A DNA stretch of 64,000 nt from Candidatus Heimdallarchaeota archaeon (GTDB lineage: Archaea; Asgardarchaeota; Heimdallarchaeia; Hodarchaeales; Hodarchaeaceae), in the NCBI GenBank assembly GCA_048881705.1, contig JBHLSH010000008.1, forward strand, positions 1-64,000. The letters run 5' to 3'. A model generated the notes under the pieces. The model did not search any database, was not told where the DNA came from, and saw nothing but the letters and a program-made list of their open reading frames with translations. Shown in pieces: positions 38,199 through 47,451 of this stretch. The position numbers and the translations under genes are program-made. Position 1 is the first letter of the stretch. Each line of letters starts with the position of its first letter.

Positions 38199-38855
38199 AT
38201 GTCCAAATTATCGTATTCAAATCCCCCGAGAGAGGGGGCCCCCTGGCGTGTTGGAATTTTGATTTTTGATGAAGTTGAAGTTTTGGACTTTTGCGGACCA
38301 TTTGAGGTCTTTGCTACAACTAGGTTTTTAGACGTGAATGGTGAAAGAACGGATAAGATTGCCTTTAGTGTTAAATTGATTTCACAAACTGATAGTGTGG
38401 TAGAATGTCGTGGAGGGCTTAAAGTAATACCTGATTTCGGCTTTGCAAATTCGCCAGATTTCGATATCTTGGTGGTTCCAGGAGGTTGGGGAACCCGTAA
38501 AGAGGTTGATAATCCAATCTTGGTTAAATGGTTAAAATTTCAGTCTGAGAAGGCTCAATTAATGACATCTGTATGTACAGGAAGCTTTCTTCTGGCAAAA
38601 ACGGGGATATTAGATGGCTTTGAAGTTACCACACACTGGGCGAGTCTTGAAAGACTACAAAGGGCTTTTCCTAAGGTGAAAACTATCGCAAATAAGCGGT
38701 TTGTTATCACAGGAAATGGAAAAATTGTTTCTTCTGCTGGAATTTCATCTGGCATTGATATGGCGCTGTACCTAGTCAGTAAACTGGTTGGACAGGAGAT
38801 TGCGTTAAATACTGCCAATAATATGGAATATCGTGGGAATTTCCTGGATTTATGA
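38199..38855 (+). CDS. DJ-1/PfpI family protein (isonitrile-hydratase-like subgroup)
   Basis: LDFCGPFEVF, VPGGWG, nucleophile elbow SVCTG, TTHW and SSAGISSGIDMAL motifs. Confidence 0.92.
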   Translation: MSKLSYSNPPREGAPWRVGILIFDEVEVLDFCGPFEVFATTRFLDVNGERTDKIAFSVKLISQTDSVVECRGGLKVIPDFGFANSPDFDILVVPGGWGTRKEVDNPILVKWLKFQSEKAQLMTSVCTGSFLLAKTGILDGFEVTTHWASLERLQRAFPKVKTIANKRFVITGNGKIVSSAGISSGIDMALYLVSKLVGQEIALNTANNMEYRGNFLDL

Positions 38856-39034
38856 TCAACCTCCCATTTAGGCCTTTATGCCGACCCGAGGTACATCAAA
38901 TACTGATTTCGAGTTACCATTGAAGGCCTTATTTGTTGTTTAGCAGCCTATTCGCATTTAATGCTCCATTTATTAATCCAAATTGAGATTTTGGTGACAA
39001 GAAAGAAATTCTCGATTGTGCAGGCATCCTGCCA

Positions 39035-39403
39035 TCAATACAGGATATGGCTGATTTTTTGGATTAGTTGGTTGAGCTCTAGGAGGAGAGCTTCATCCTG
39101 ATCGCCCTGAGCTGCGATCTTATCCCATGTTTCTCGAGTTAATCCATAGCCCTGTAGGCGATCGTCCAAAATGAGACTCCAGCGATAAACTCCTTCTTGG
39201 TACGATCCTGCTCTACTGAGAACAATATGATATTCTAAAGCTAGCTGAAGATACACTTTTTGCTCTGTTGGCGTAAGAGAGGATTCTTGGATGGAATCAG
39301 GAAAGATATGCTCCAAAGGAAGTTGCGAACTGATCTTCATGGATGGAGTCTGTGCCTTTGTGGATTTCTTTAGTGCTTCTAAAAGTTGCTCAAGTTCTTG
39401 CAT
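39035..39403 (-). CDS. Hypothetical protein
   Basis: 122-aa ORF with an ATG start and helical composition; no recognisable motif. Confidence 0.55.
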   Translation of the reverse strand: MQELEQLLEALKKSTKAQTPSMKISSQLPLEHIFPDSIQESSLTPTEQKVYLQLALEYHIVLSRAGSYQEGVYRWSLILDDRLQGYGLTRETWDKIAAQGDQDEALLLELNQLIQKISHILY

Positions 39404-39574
39404 GCTGAATACATCTCATTGGGTTTTCGATAATTTCTAAATCTCTGAATTTAATAATCCCAACCACCAACCTTATAGCTTGACTTACAAAAAATTGGAA
39501 GTCCCTTTTTCATCCCAAGTTAAACCTCTTCAATTTCTCAATTAATCCTGTTTGTAATACATGATCAAAACTCT

Positions 39575-39781
39575 TCAATCCTGTAGCTTGAAAAGAACCT
39601 TCAAGGCAACGAATCGATCGACTTCATCATAGTAATGCTGGTTTTGTTCCCTCTTATCTTTGCCATGGGTGAATACACGAGTATCCAGCTCGACCTCATT
39701 ATATATCTGATAAAAAATCGAGACTCTCTGCATTAAAGTCTCCACCAGGTCGGAGCTATTGATACCTGTAGCCATTTGCAT
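39575..39781 (-). CDS. Small hypothetical protein
   Basis: 68-aa ORF starting 1 bp after the stop of the upstream small ORF. Confidence 0.45.
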   Translation of the reverse strand: MQMATGINSSDLVETLMQRVSIFYQIYNEVELDTRVFTHGKDKREQNQHYYDEVDRFVALKVLFKLQD

Positions 39782-39782
39782 A

Positions 39783-39947
39783 TTATTCTAGTAAATGGGT
39801 TAAAAAACTAGATAGGAACACTTCTCCGCAGAGTTGTGAAACATCACCGATGCGTATCCATTCTTTCTTCTCGATTGGTTCGGCAGCATCGTAACGCTTA
39901 ATTTCCAGGCAGGTTTGAGTATAGTGTCCCTCGTAGAGATCTCGCAT
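39783..39947 (-). CDS. Small hypothetical protein (54 aa; below the ORF-track cutoff)
   Basis: Translated by hand: MRDLYEGHYTQTCLEIKRYDAAEPIEKKEWIRIGDVSQLCGEVFLSSFLTHLLE*. It is tightly coupled to the 39781 ORF. Confidence 0.4.
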   Translation of the reverse strand: MRDLYEGHYTQTCLEIKRYDAAEPIEKKEWIRIGDVSQLCGEVFLSSFLTHLLE

Positions 39948-40130
39948 TATGGGATTAAATTTGAGAAAAAAAAACCCTTTTGGGAATTCTAAAGGTTTTC
40001 TCTTTATTCATGGTTCCCTCAAACCTCTAGACACCATTGAAGTCAGAGGGTATCCTCCAATAGGTTTATTGCTGTATTCCGAAATGGGAATACTTAAACC
40101 GGAAAAATCAGGAAATCTTCTTGAGGAGAT

Positions 40131-40454
40131 TTGGTTCTGAGGGCGAAAGAATTGTTACTAGAATCGGATTATTCGTTCGGTATTGGACATGTAATAAGTG
40201 TTTTTCTCTTTAGTGTCCCCTTTGGTTTCTTGACTGCTCTAATAATTGGAATAGCTTATTATCGTTTCAAGTGGCTTGATTACGGAGAGGAGGACAGACC
40301 TGACATTGGCGTTTCCGAACCCTTGGCAAACACCCAGATTGGAATCCACATTATATTTGAAAAATTATTACCTAATGGAAGATTTTACCTCCTAGGAGGA
40401 TTTTTTTCACTACTTTGGCTGACCATTCTCTTGTCACCAATGCTATCGATGTAG
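40131..40454 (+). CDS. Small 2-TM membrane protein
   Basis: Two hydrophobic helices flanking a short acidic loop. Confidence 0.55.
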   Translation: MVLRAKELLLESDYSFGIGHVISVFLFSVPFGFLTALIIGIAYYRFKWLDYGEEDRPDIGVSEPLANTQIGIHIIFEKLLPNGRFYLLGGFFSLLWLTILLSPMLSM

Positions 40455-40823
40455 GTATTGTGGAGGATATTTTGGAATGATAATTATCTTTAATAAAAGG
40501 GGATATGACATCCTTTTTTATTGCAATAAACCGCTACAATGAAGTAAGAGTACCAAGAGGGCAGAAGGGGGTATTCGAGACAAAAGGGAGAGAATGGAAG
40601 GTTATATCGAAACGCAATCTGGACAAACTGGAATTATAGCAAGAGGAGATCAGGTGGGAATCGGGGAAGGAATGATGGCAGCGGAGTAGCGAAACAGATC
40701 TTGGTATGAGATTATCTTCAAAGAAAGAAAAATCAAGCCAGATCCTGTATGATATGGCTCATCATTATTTAACTTCAGTACAGGCCCTTTAGGCGGTTTT
40801 TTGGCCTAAAAGGAGAAAATTCC

Positions 40824-41678
40824 TTGTCAAATGATTTCGAATATCTGAAGAAACTTAATTTCCTCCAACCTGAAGATCTAGATAGCTCTATCCAGGAAAA
40901 TCTTCATCTCCAGGCAATTTGGGCGGATGTGTTCTGGCGAAGGCGACATAATCACACCAAAAGAGAGGATCCTGAATTAAAATTTATTTTTGATAGGCCT
41001 GTCCGTCAACTGTTGGAAATCGGTGCTGGTTACGGCCGTATTTTACGGAAAATTGCCCATATTAACCAAAAAAGGCCCGATAAAACCAAGCTAGTTGGAA
41101 TAGAGATCTGTTCGCATTTTAACAGATATTTTGATGTTTATCGGGAACAACACCCAGTTTTGAATGATGTCGAAATTCTATTTGATGATTTTTTAACAAC
41201 CACAAAATTGAAAACGCACTCGTTCGATGTGATTCTTCTACCCATGAACACGTTTCCCAATCTCCCGTTTAAAACGTTAAGGGCTCTTTTCAGTGCCGTC
41301 AAACGAGTATTACATAGTAAAGGTATATGGATTTTTTCCACATACAAAATGCCTTCCGAGTCGATGCTTTTTGAGTTCATTGATAAGAGAAGTGGGTTTT
41401 TCAGAGAACTTCTGGGAGACCTAGGGGAGGAACCGATAGCAGCCGAGTATTATACCATGAAGGCCGAAAAAATGTCTTATGGGGCTCGAACTATAACATA
41501 TATGTGCTATAATTCGTTTACTCGAGGATATGAGTTAAAAAAACGGGAAATATTCCGGACTGTTCAAGAATATATACTCCCTGGCACCTTGGAAGAGCTA
41601 ATTCTCAAAAATGGGTTTTCCATTGCCTTCCAAGATGAGTCGAGCCACTCAGCGATCTATGGACTAACCCCAGTTTAG
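40824..41678 (+). CDS. Class I SAM-dependent methyltransferase
   Basis: LLEIGAGYGR (motif I), LVGIEIC, FDDF and FDVILLPMNTF motifs. Confidence 0.88.
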   Translation: MSNDFEYLKKLNFLQPEDLDSSIQENLHLQAIWADVFWRRRHNHTKREDPELKFIFDRPVRQLLEIGAGYGRILRKIAHINQKRPDKTKLVGIEICSHFNRYFDVYREQHPVLNDVEILFDDFLTTTKLKTHSFDVILLPMNTFPNLPFKTLRALFSAVKRVLHSKGIWIFSTYKMPSESMLFEFIDKRSGFFRELLGDLGEEPIAAEYYTMKAEKMSYGARTITYMCYNSFTRGYELKKREIFRTVQEYILPGTLEELILKNGFSIAFQDESSHSAIYGLTPV

Positions 41679-41848
41679 GATAGCATTAGCGCTTGGAAAT
41701 CTTAATACGAATCAAAAAGAAACCATCGGAAACATTTAGGGTAAATGCAGGTTCCTTAAGGTTCTCATGAGCTGGACATAAACTGATAGAAGGATGATAT
41801 CCATAATCATGTAGAGAGAAGCGTTAAAATCCAGTGGGAGTTATTAAA

Positions 41849-42262
41849 CTACTTGGGAATTTGGTCAATCATCTTTTGCGCAGTCTTGAGGTAGGATAAG
41901 GCATCCTGCATTTGAAGTTGAAAATAGGCGTGGTGAGAGACTGGACGAAAACGCTCTAGATACCTCATTTGAGCTTCAATTTGCTTCAACGCTTTTTCTG
42001 ACCTTTTCTTCAAGGATTTTAACCGAGATTTTTCCGCTTCTTGCTTAGCTAACTCAAAGAGTTCTTTAGCCCTAATAAGATCGAAATCAGCACGTTTCAA
42101 ATATCCTTGAAGAAGTAGAAGTTCAATATGGGCTCTAGATAAAGATTCCTTTAAATTCAGGCGCTGCAACTCCCTCATAACGAACCTGATTTCCCTCTCG
42201 TAGTAAAGTAATTTATTCGTTATTCTCGCAGGGTTTAGGTAATCGGTTGCCATCTTACTCAC
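41849..42262 (-). CDS. Stand-alone helical protein resembling the C-terminal module of the TPR family
   Basis: LLLLQGYLKRADFDLIRAKELFELAKQEAEKSRL aligns by eye with FLLKSKLALLELDFNGAQDLLEEAQMLAEEKGL in the 3..1913 protein. Confidence 0.65.
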   Translation of the reverse strand: MSKMATDYLNPARITNKLLYYEREIRFVMRELQRLNLKESLSRAHIELLLLQGYLKRADFDLIRAKELFELAKQEAEKSRLKSLKKRSEKALKQIEAQMRYLERFRPVSHHAYFQLQMQDALSYLKTAQKMIDQIPK

Positions 42263-42343
42263 TTTTCGTTTTTGTTTCTCTCATCTAACCCAAATTCTCA
42301 ATTTTTGTCTCGTTATTTCTCTATTATCTGAAGGGTTTTGTCG

Positions 42344-42390
42344 TTATAATTATAATCATGTTATATTAATAACGACATATAAAGTTTTCC
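42344..42390 (-). promoter_or_regulatory. BRE/TATA promoter with TTATAATTATAA palindrome over the predicted start site
   Basis: The minus strand reads GGAAAACTTTATATG, and the perfect 12-bp palindrome lies at 42344-42355. The same geometry recurs at 43512-43558. Confidence 0.55.
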
Positions 42391-42850
42391 GTTTCTTGAT
42401 CGTAACCTAATCACTACGATTGAGTTTGTAAACACCTCCCAGGGCTAGAAAGTGGGAATACAAACATCATCGCAAATTTCAACGCCAATTATCTACCTTG
42501 GGGATTCTTAATGAGAAATTTACCTTTTTTAGAAAAGATCTAGGATCTAAGAGCTTTAAAAAGACCCTTTGCTTTCATCAAATACTGAGGATCTGATTCT
42601 CGAGGTTTACGGGTTGTATCCTTTTGATGCGGATACTCCCTCCCCCAGTTATGGATTTTTGATCCCTAGAAAACCCGTTTTGAAGGCCTTCACTTCTTGA
42701 GGATTTCTCGGGGCGGTACCCTCTTGGTGGCTCCACCGCTGCGTTCTACTGATAAATCTGAATATAAATAATCCAAAACTCTATGTCCCTCTCGGGCAAT
42801 GAGGAGGGAAGAGATACTCCTATTCGAGATACTGATAGGGGATCTGGAAG

Positions 42851-43336
42851 TCATCTGTCATTTCCACCCGTTGTTTCGGTTTGCGATGAGGCTGTTTTCT
42901 TTTCATGAGGTACGAATAGGCACATCTCCCGTACGTACCGAAGCACATCGAAATCAGTCAGAAATTGGCCATTGTAAACCGTATCTTGAATAAAACTTCC
43001 AATATGCTTGATTTCTAGGATTTCTCTGTAATCTCTGGTTTCTTTGATGTAATTCTTCCATCTTGCAATTTGATCTGCGAGAATCTGTCGTTCTTTAGCA
43101 ACCTGTGATGCTATCATCTGAAAATTGTTTTCCTCAGCAATAGAATAGGCCCTTTGTAAAAGAATTTGGGCCTTGTTGATACCGAATTCGAAGAGAGCCA
43201 GCTTGGATTGGAGCATTAACGAGTCAGCTAGCAATTGAAAATAATACTGGGAGCGTGGATTGATTAAAGAAGATTCATGGAGGCAATCACCAGTTTCCCT
43301 AGGATCAATCAATGATAATTGATGATCTATAGTCAC
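42851..43336 (-). CDS. Stand-alone TPR-family C-terminal module (or truncated remnant)
   Basis: LLADSLMLQSKLALFEFGINKAQILLQRAYSIAEENNFQMIASQVAKERQILADQIARW closely parallels the C-terminus of the 3..1913 protein. Confidence 0.65.
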   Translation of the reverse strand: MTIDHQLSLIDPRETGDCLHESSLINPRSQYYFQLLADSLMLQSKLALFEFGINKAQILLQRAYSIAEENNFQMIASQVAKERQILADQIARWKNYIKETRDYREILEIKHIGSFIQDTVYNGQFLTDFDVLRYVREMCLFVPHEKKTASSQTETTGGNDR

Positions 43337-43511
43337 TTTACCAATCCAACTTTTTCTCTCTTTATTCCGTAAATCAATCTGTTTGCGCCCTTAACTCTTA
43401 CAGGATAAAGGGAAAACTCTTCAATTGTACATACCTAACTGCATTGGGCTAAATCTGATGGAGTTTTCGTTTTTTATCTCGTCTTCCAGCTCAGATCGAA
43501 CGAATTTGATG

Positions 43512-43558
43512 TTATAATTATAAAGATGATAAAGGGATAACACCATATAAAAGTTTCC
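43512..43558 (-). promoter_or_regulatory. Second BRE/TATA promoter with TTATAATTATAA palindrome
   Basis: Palindrome at 43512-43523 and GGAAACTTTTATATG on the minus strand, with the same 32-bp offset as the 42344 copy. Confidence 0.55.
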
Positions 43559-43722
43559 ATTTTTCAAACCGCGCTAAAATCTCCCTTTTATGCACTAATT
43601 ACCCTAATTATCCATTCGAATATAGAAAAACCAGGTCGCTTGATCATATTATATTTATAAGCGCCTTAAGATAATCAATCCAATTTTATTATCTCTAAAT
43701 TCATCTTCTGGGCGAAAATTGT

Positions 43723-44850
43723 CTAAAAAGCAGTGTTCACGTTCAAAAACGGGAAGGAGTCATGGGCAATCTTGTTCAATGCATCATATTCTTCGGTTGA
43801 GAATCTTCCCTCTGACGCCGCCTTAAACGCAGCAGCAAAACGCTTGGAGAAGATATCCAACGAATTGTTTAGGGCTTTTGACGTGGAAGACGTAACAATT
43901 ATGCAGCTTATGCTCTCTTGCCGATTTATCAAGAGAACCGAGTCTGCCAAATGGAGTTCATGGAGGCCCAAAGAGAGAGCATCAATGACTGCACTCATCC
44001 CTGGATAGAGAGTGTCTAAACCTTTATCATCCTTTGCGATCAAGCTATACGTGAAAAGGGGTTTTTTTGTTCTTGTACTGATTACCACCAGCTGAGATGT
44101 CTTAAATGGCAGAATAAACAGGAGTTTAGATTCTGAGACAAAGGCAATCATAAATAAAATGGTTCCTAGTAAATCCAAGGTTTCTATAAGTCCAATATCC
44201 TGGGGAACTATTCGTGTGAGGATCATCAGTTGGGCCAAAAGATGACAAACTGCACCAATCATAGCCATACTAACCGTTGCTTTCAAATCCTTCGTGGAGT
44301 ATACATAAAGGCTCCCAGTAAATATAAGCAATAAAAGGGCCCTTAATATCCAAAAACCGATTTGAATGTATTGAAGTTCGATTGATACTGTCTTCGCTTG
44401 TACTCCTGGAAGTAATGCAAAAACCACCATCAATGTGGCAAGAATTCCATAAACAATGATTTTGATAGGATCGTACGTTGTTCGTATTGCCGAATCCACG
44501 AAGACAACTCGGAATACAGTAAATCCAGTAACGCTGAAAAAACCAATAAAGCCAACAACAGCAGCCAAATTCATGGATACGACATTTCCCGTGGCTGTAG
44601 TTTTCATAAGCGGAATACCTATGTCAGTCATCAAAATATTTAGTGATAGACTATTGGGATCAATTGCCAACAATAATAACTGAAATCCGAATAGGAAAAG
44701 CCAGGCAAAAAGACCGAAAAAATCTAATGAAAGCCAGAGGAATTGACGGTAGCCTGTCTTGAGCCATCTTCGAAATCCTACTGTTAGTATTATAGCTGAA
44801 TTAAAAGCGTGGAATAAAGTGATCATAGAACCGACTAATAGGTCTTCCAA
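43723..44850 (-). CDS. 7TM membrane protein with C-terminal longin-like cytoplasmic domain, paralog 1
   Basis: Seven hydrophobic helices, then ILPFKTSQLVVI..PLFTY..LHELHLADSVLLI..ISCIIVTS..FSKRF. Confidence 0.75.
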   Translation of the reverse strand: MEDLLVGSMITLFHAFNSAIILTVGFRRWLKTGYRQFLWLSLDFFGLFAWLFLFGFQLLLLAIDPNSLSLNILMTDIGIPLMKTTATGNVVSMNLAAVVGFIGFFSVTGFTVFRVVFVDSAIRTTYDPIKIIVYGILATLMVVFALLPGVQAKTVSIELQYIQIGFWILRALLLLIFTGSLYVYSTKDLKATVSMAMIGAVCHLLAQLMILTRIVPQDIGLIETLDLLGTILFMIAFVSESKLLFILPFKTSQLVVISTRTKKPLFTYSLIAKDDKGLDTLYPGMSAVIDALSLGLHELHLADSVLLINRQESISCIIVTSSTSKALNNSLDIFSKRFAAAFKAASEGRFSTEEYDALNKIAHDSFPFLNVNTAF

Positions 44851-45142
44851 TTTTCCAATCTCCTTACATTCGTATTTAGGTTCAATTCTGAGACAGAATT
44901 GCCTGTGTTTGGTGTTCTGGTTAGCTATGGTTACGTAATTGAACCCCTCCTAAGCGGCAAAACGAATACTTTCCCCAATGATATCCACCGTGTGTTATAC
45001 CAAATGTAAACATGCCATCAACTTAGAAAAGGAACAATTTACATACCCCACGATCTATTTGGGTGTTATAATTACACCGATGTAGTATGGATAACTGATA
45101 TAAAAACTTACCTCCTTCCTCGTATGGCAACGGTTTCTCTTA

Positions 45143-46270
45143 TCATATAACGGAATAAAGGGGAACAACTGGAAAAATTTCATGAACTATTTGATTCACG
45201 GCGCCATACTCCTCAGCTGAGAAGTCTGTCTTTGGTAATACGTCAAAGAGCGCTGCAAAACGTCTAGAGAAGATGTCCAAGGAATTTTTCATAGCTCTAG
45301 ATGTGTCCGAAGTAACTATTATACAACTTATCCCTTTTTGTCTATTTATGAGGAGAACTGCGTCTTCCAGGTGGAGTTCGTGAACGCCCGAGGAGAGAGC
45401 GTCCAAAACGGCAATCATACCTGGATAAAAGACATCTAAATGCTGATCTCTTTGCGCAGTCCAGCTATATGAAAAAAGTGGCTTTTTTGTGTCTGTGTTG
45501 ATTACTACTAGTTGCGATGTCTTAAATGGTAGAATAAACAGAAGTCTCGGTTCAGAGATAAAAGCAATCATAAAGAAGAAAGATCCAAGTAAATACGTGA
45601 CTTCTACAAGCCCGATATTCAATGGTAGAAGTTGTGTTAAAATCATAATCTGGGCAAGGAGGTATGTAATGGCCCCCATCATTGCGATGCCGGCTTTAGT
45701 CTTTAAATCCTTTGTAGAGTTCATAAAGAGGTTCCCGGTATAAATGAGCAATAGAAGGGCTCTTAGTATCCAAAAACCGATTTGAATGTACTGGAGATAA
45801 ATGGACACAGTTAGTGCTTCCACTCCAGGAAGTAGGGCGAAAACTACCATCAATGTGGCAATAATTCCATAAACGATGATCTTAATGGGATCATATGTTG
45901 TACGATGCGCGGAATCCACCAAAAGGACTAGAAATATTGTAAATCCAGTGACGCTGAAGAAGCCTGCAAATCCTAGGACATCAGCGAGCCTCATGGAGAC
46001 GAGCTCCCCCGTTACCGTGGTTTTCATAAGAGGAATTCCTATATCGGTCATCAGGAAATTAATTGAGAGACCATTGGGATCTATTGTCACTAGTAGTAAC
46101 TGCAAACCCACCAAAAAGAACCAGGCAAAAAGACCAAAAAAATCCAGAGAAAGTAACAGGAATTGCCGGTAGCGTGTGTCAAACCATCTTCTAAATCCAA
46201 AGAAAAGAATTATCAGTATTATAAAAGAGTGGAACAAAGTTATGCTGGAAATAAAAAGTAAATCTGCCAT
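45143..46270 (-). CDS. 7TM membrane protein with C-terminal longin-like domain, paralog 2
   Basis: Colinear and highly similar to 43723..44850 (shared DIGIPLMKTT, YDPIKIIVYGI, IQIGFWILRALLL). The ATG at 46270 aligns with the start of paralog 1. Confidence 0.75.
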   Translation of the reverse strand: MADLLFISSITLFHSFIILIILFFGFRRWFDTRYRQFLLLSLDFFGLFAWFFLVGLQLLLVTIDPNGLSINFLMTDIGIPLMKTTVTGELVSMRLADVLGFAGFFSVTGFTIFLVLLVDSAHRTTYDPIKIIVYGIIATLMVVFALLPGVEALTVSIYLQYIQIGFWILRALLLLIYTGNLFMNSTKDLKTKAGIAMMGAITYLLAQIMILTQLLPLNIGLVEVTYLLGSFFFMIAFISEPRLLFILPFKTSQLVVINTDTKKPLFSYSWTAQRDQHLDVFYPGMIAVLDALSSGVHELHLEDAVLLINRQKGISCIIVTSDTSRAMKNSLDIFSRRFAALFDVLPKTDFSAEEYGAVNQIVHEIFPVVPLYSVI

Positions 46271-46352
46271 CTTTTCCAATTCCCCAAACAATTAAGTTTC
46301 GGAATTTCTTTCTGAATTTGCAAAATTTTTTGGTGCAATTGTTTTAAAATTG

Positions 46353-47426
46353 TTACCGTGATACTCGTAATCTATCGAGAATATGATCTTGAATCATTTT
46401 ACAGCTATTTTCATCAAGTGATTCAACATCTTTTAAGGCGGCAGTAGCAGTTTGTAACGACTCCATTATATCTCTTCTTCTTTTCTCGAATATTGGCTGT
46501 AAATCTTGATTGTATACCAATAAGAATACAATTGGTATCTGCATTAGGTTCTTTATAATACGAGGATCAACTGAGGACTTATCAATCAATTTCGTCCAAT
46601 AGATTTCGAAAATCCAATTCTCACGAGTATTTTCCTTTCCTAGTATAGGAAATGGGCCGTATAGAGTATTCAGCTTGTCGGGCTGATACATTCGCCCGCT
46701 ATAGGTTAAGCTTGATAGGATTTCGGAATCATCTATCTTATCGGTTAGAAGGTCATTCTTCTGTTCGATCCTAATCCCCCGATTTTCATCAAATAATCCA
46801 ATTGCTATCCCAAGTGGCAACTGCTCTCCTCCTTTTGCAGATATTCCTATCGGACCGGATTCCTGTCTTCTTCTATAAAATGCGGGAAGAAAGAGAACCA
46901 AGAATATTAGTCCTACGACAACCAATATAACACCAATCACTACCATCAACGGAATTTCATGCTGAAATTCAACTTGAATGATGGCCTCACTGACAAGTCC
47001 TTCCGAACACTCTGCGGTAACTCGAAGCTGAACAATTCCATCGATAATAAACGGTAAATCCCAAGTGAATTTAGTACTACCTTCTACAGTTGCAATGAAA
47101 TTCCAAACATGGCTTAAAGGCCCTGGTTCTTCTGCAAACCAAAAATAGTTGAGCGAATATGTGAACTCATGCCCTAGGGTATCGGCAGCAGCAATCCATT
47201 CAACACGTACGCTTTCAAAAAAATAAGTGATTTTTGACCCATTAATTGGCAATATAATGATGGGATCAGTTACGGTATGCGGTTCTTGTGCTATTTTTGG
47301 AGCAATCCTATAAGATGGTGAAATAAAGGATGTTGAAACAGGATCGGGTTGGGCAGCAAGGAATCCTGAATAGAGAATGATTGTCAGGATTATATTGGTT
47401 ATAGTTAACAGAAGGATCCTGCGCAT
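46353..47426 (-). CDS. Bitopic membrane protein: signal peptide, beta-rich (Ig-like) ectodomain, TM, cytoplasmic LYGPFPI domain
   Basis: Signal peptide, FTWDLP..VQLRVTA beta domain, TM VVIGVILVVVGLIFLVLF, then IAIGLFDENRG...LYGPFPI...VDPRI. Confidence 0.75.
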   Translation of the reverse strand: MRRILLLTITNIILTIILYSGFLAAQPDPVSTSFISPSYRIAPKIAQEPHTVTDPIIILPINGSKITYFFESVRVEWIAAADTLGHEFTYSLNYFWFAEEPGPLSHVWNFIATVEGSTKFTWDLPFIIDGIVQLRVTAECSEGLVSEAIIQVEFQHEIPLMVVIGVILVVVGLIFLVLFLPAFYRRRQESGPIGISAKGGEQLPLGIAIGLFDENRGIRIEQKNDLLTDKIDDSEILSSLTYSGRMYQPDKLNTLYGPFPILGKENTRENWIFEIYWTKLIDKSSVDPRIIKNLMQIPIVFLLVYNQDLQPIFEKRRRDIMESLQTATAALKDVESLDENSCKMIQDHILDRLRVSR

Positions 47427-47451
47427 ACAGATCTCTCGATATCAGAATGGT

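Noticed and set aside
40495-40812. Short inverted repeats (AAAAGGGGAT..ATCCTTTTT; TTTAGGC..GCCTAAA) and short ORFs in this gap
   Set aside because: The stems are short and compatible with chance or ordinary terminators, and the ORFs have no motifs.
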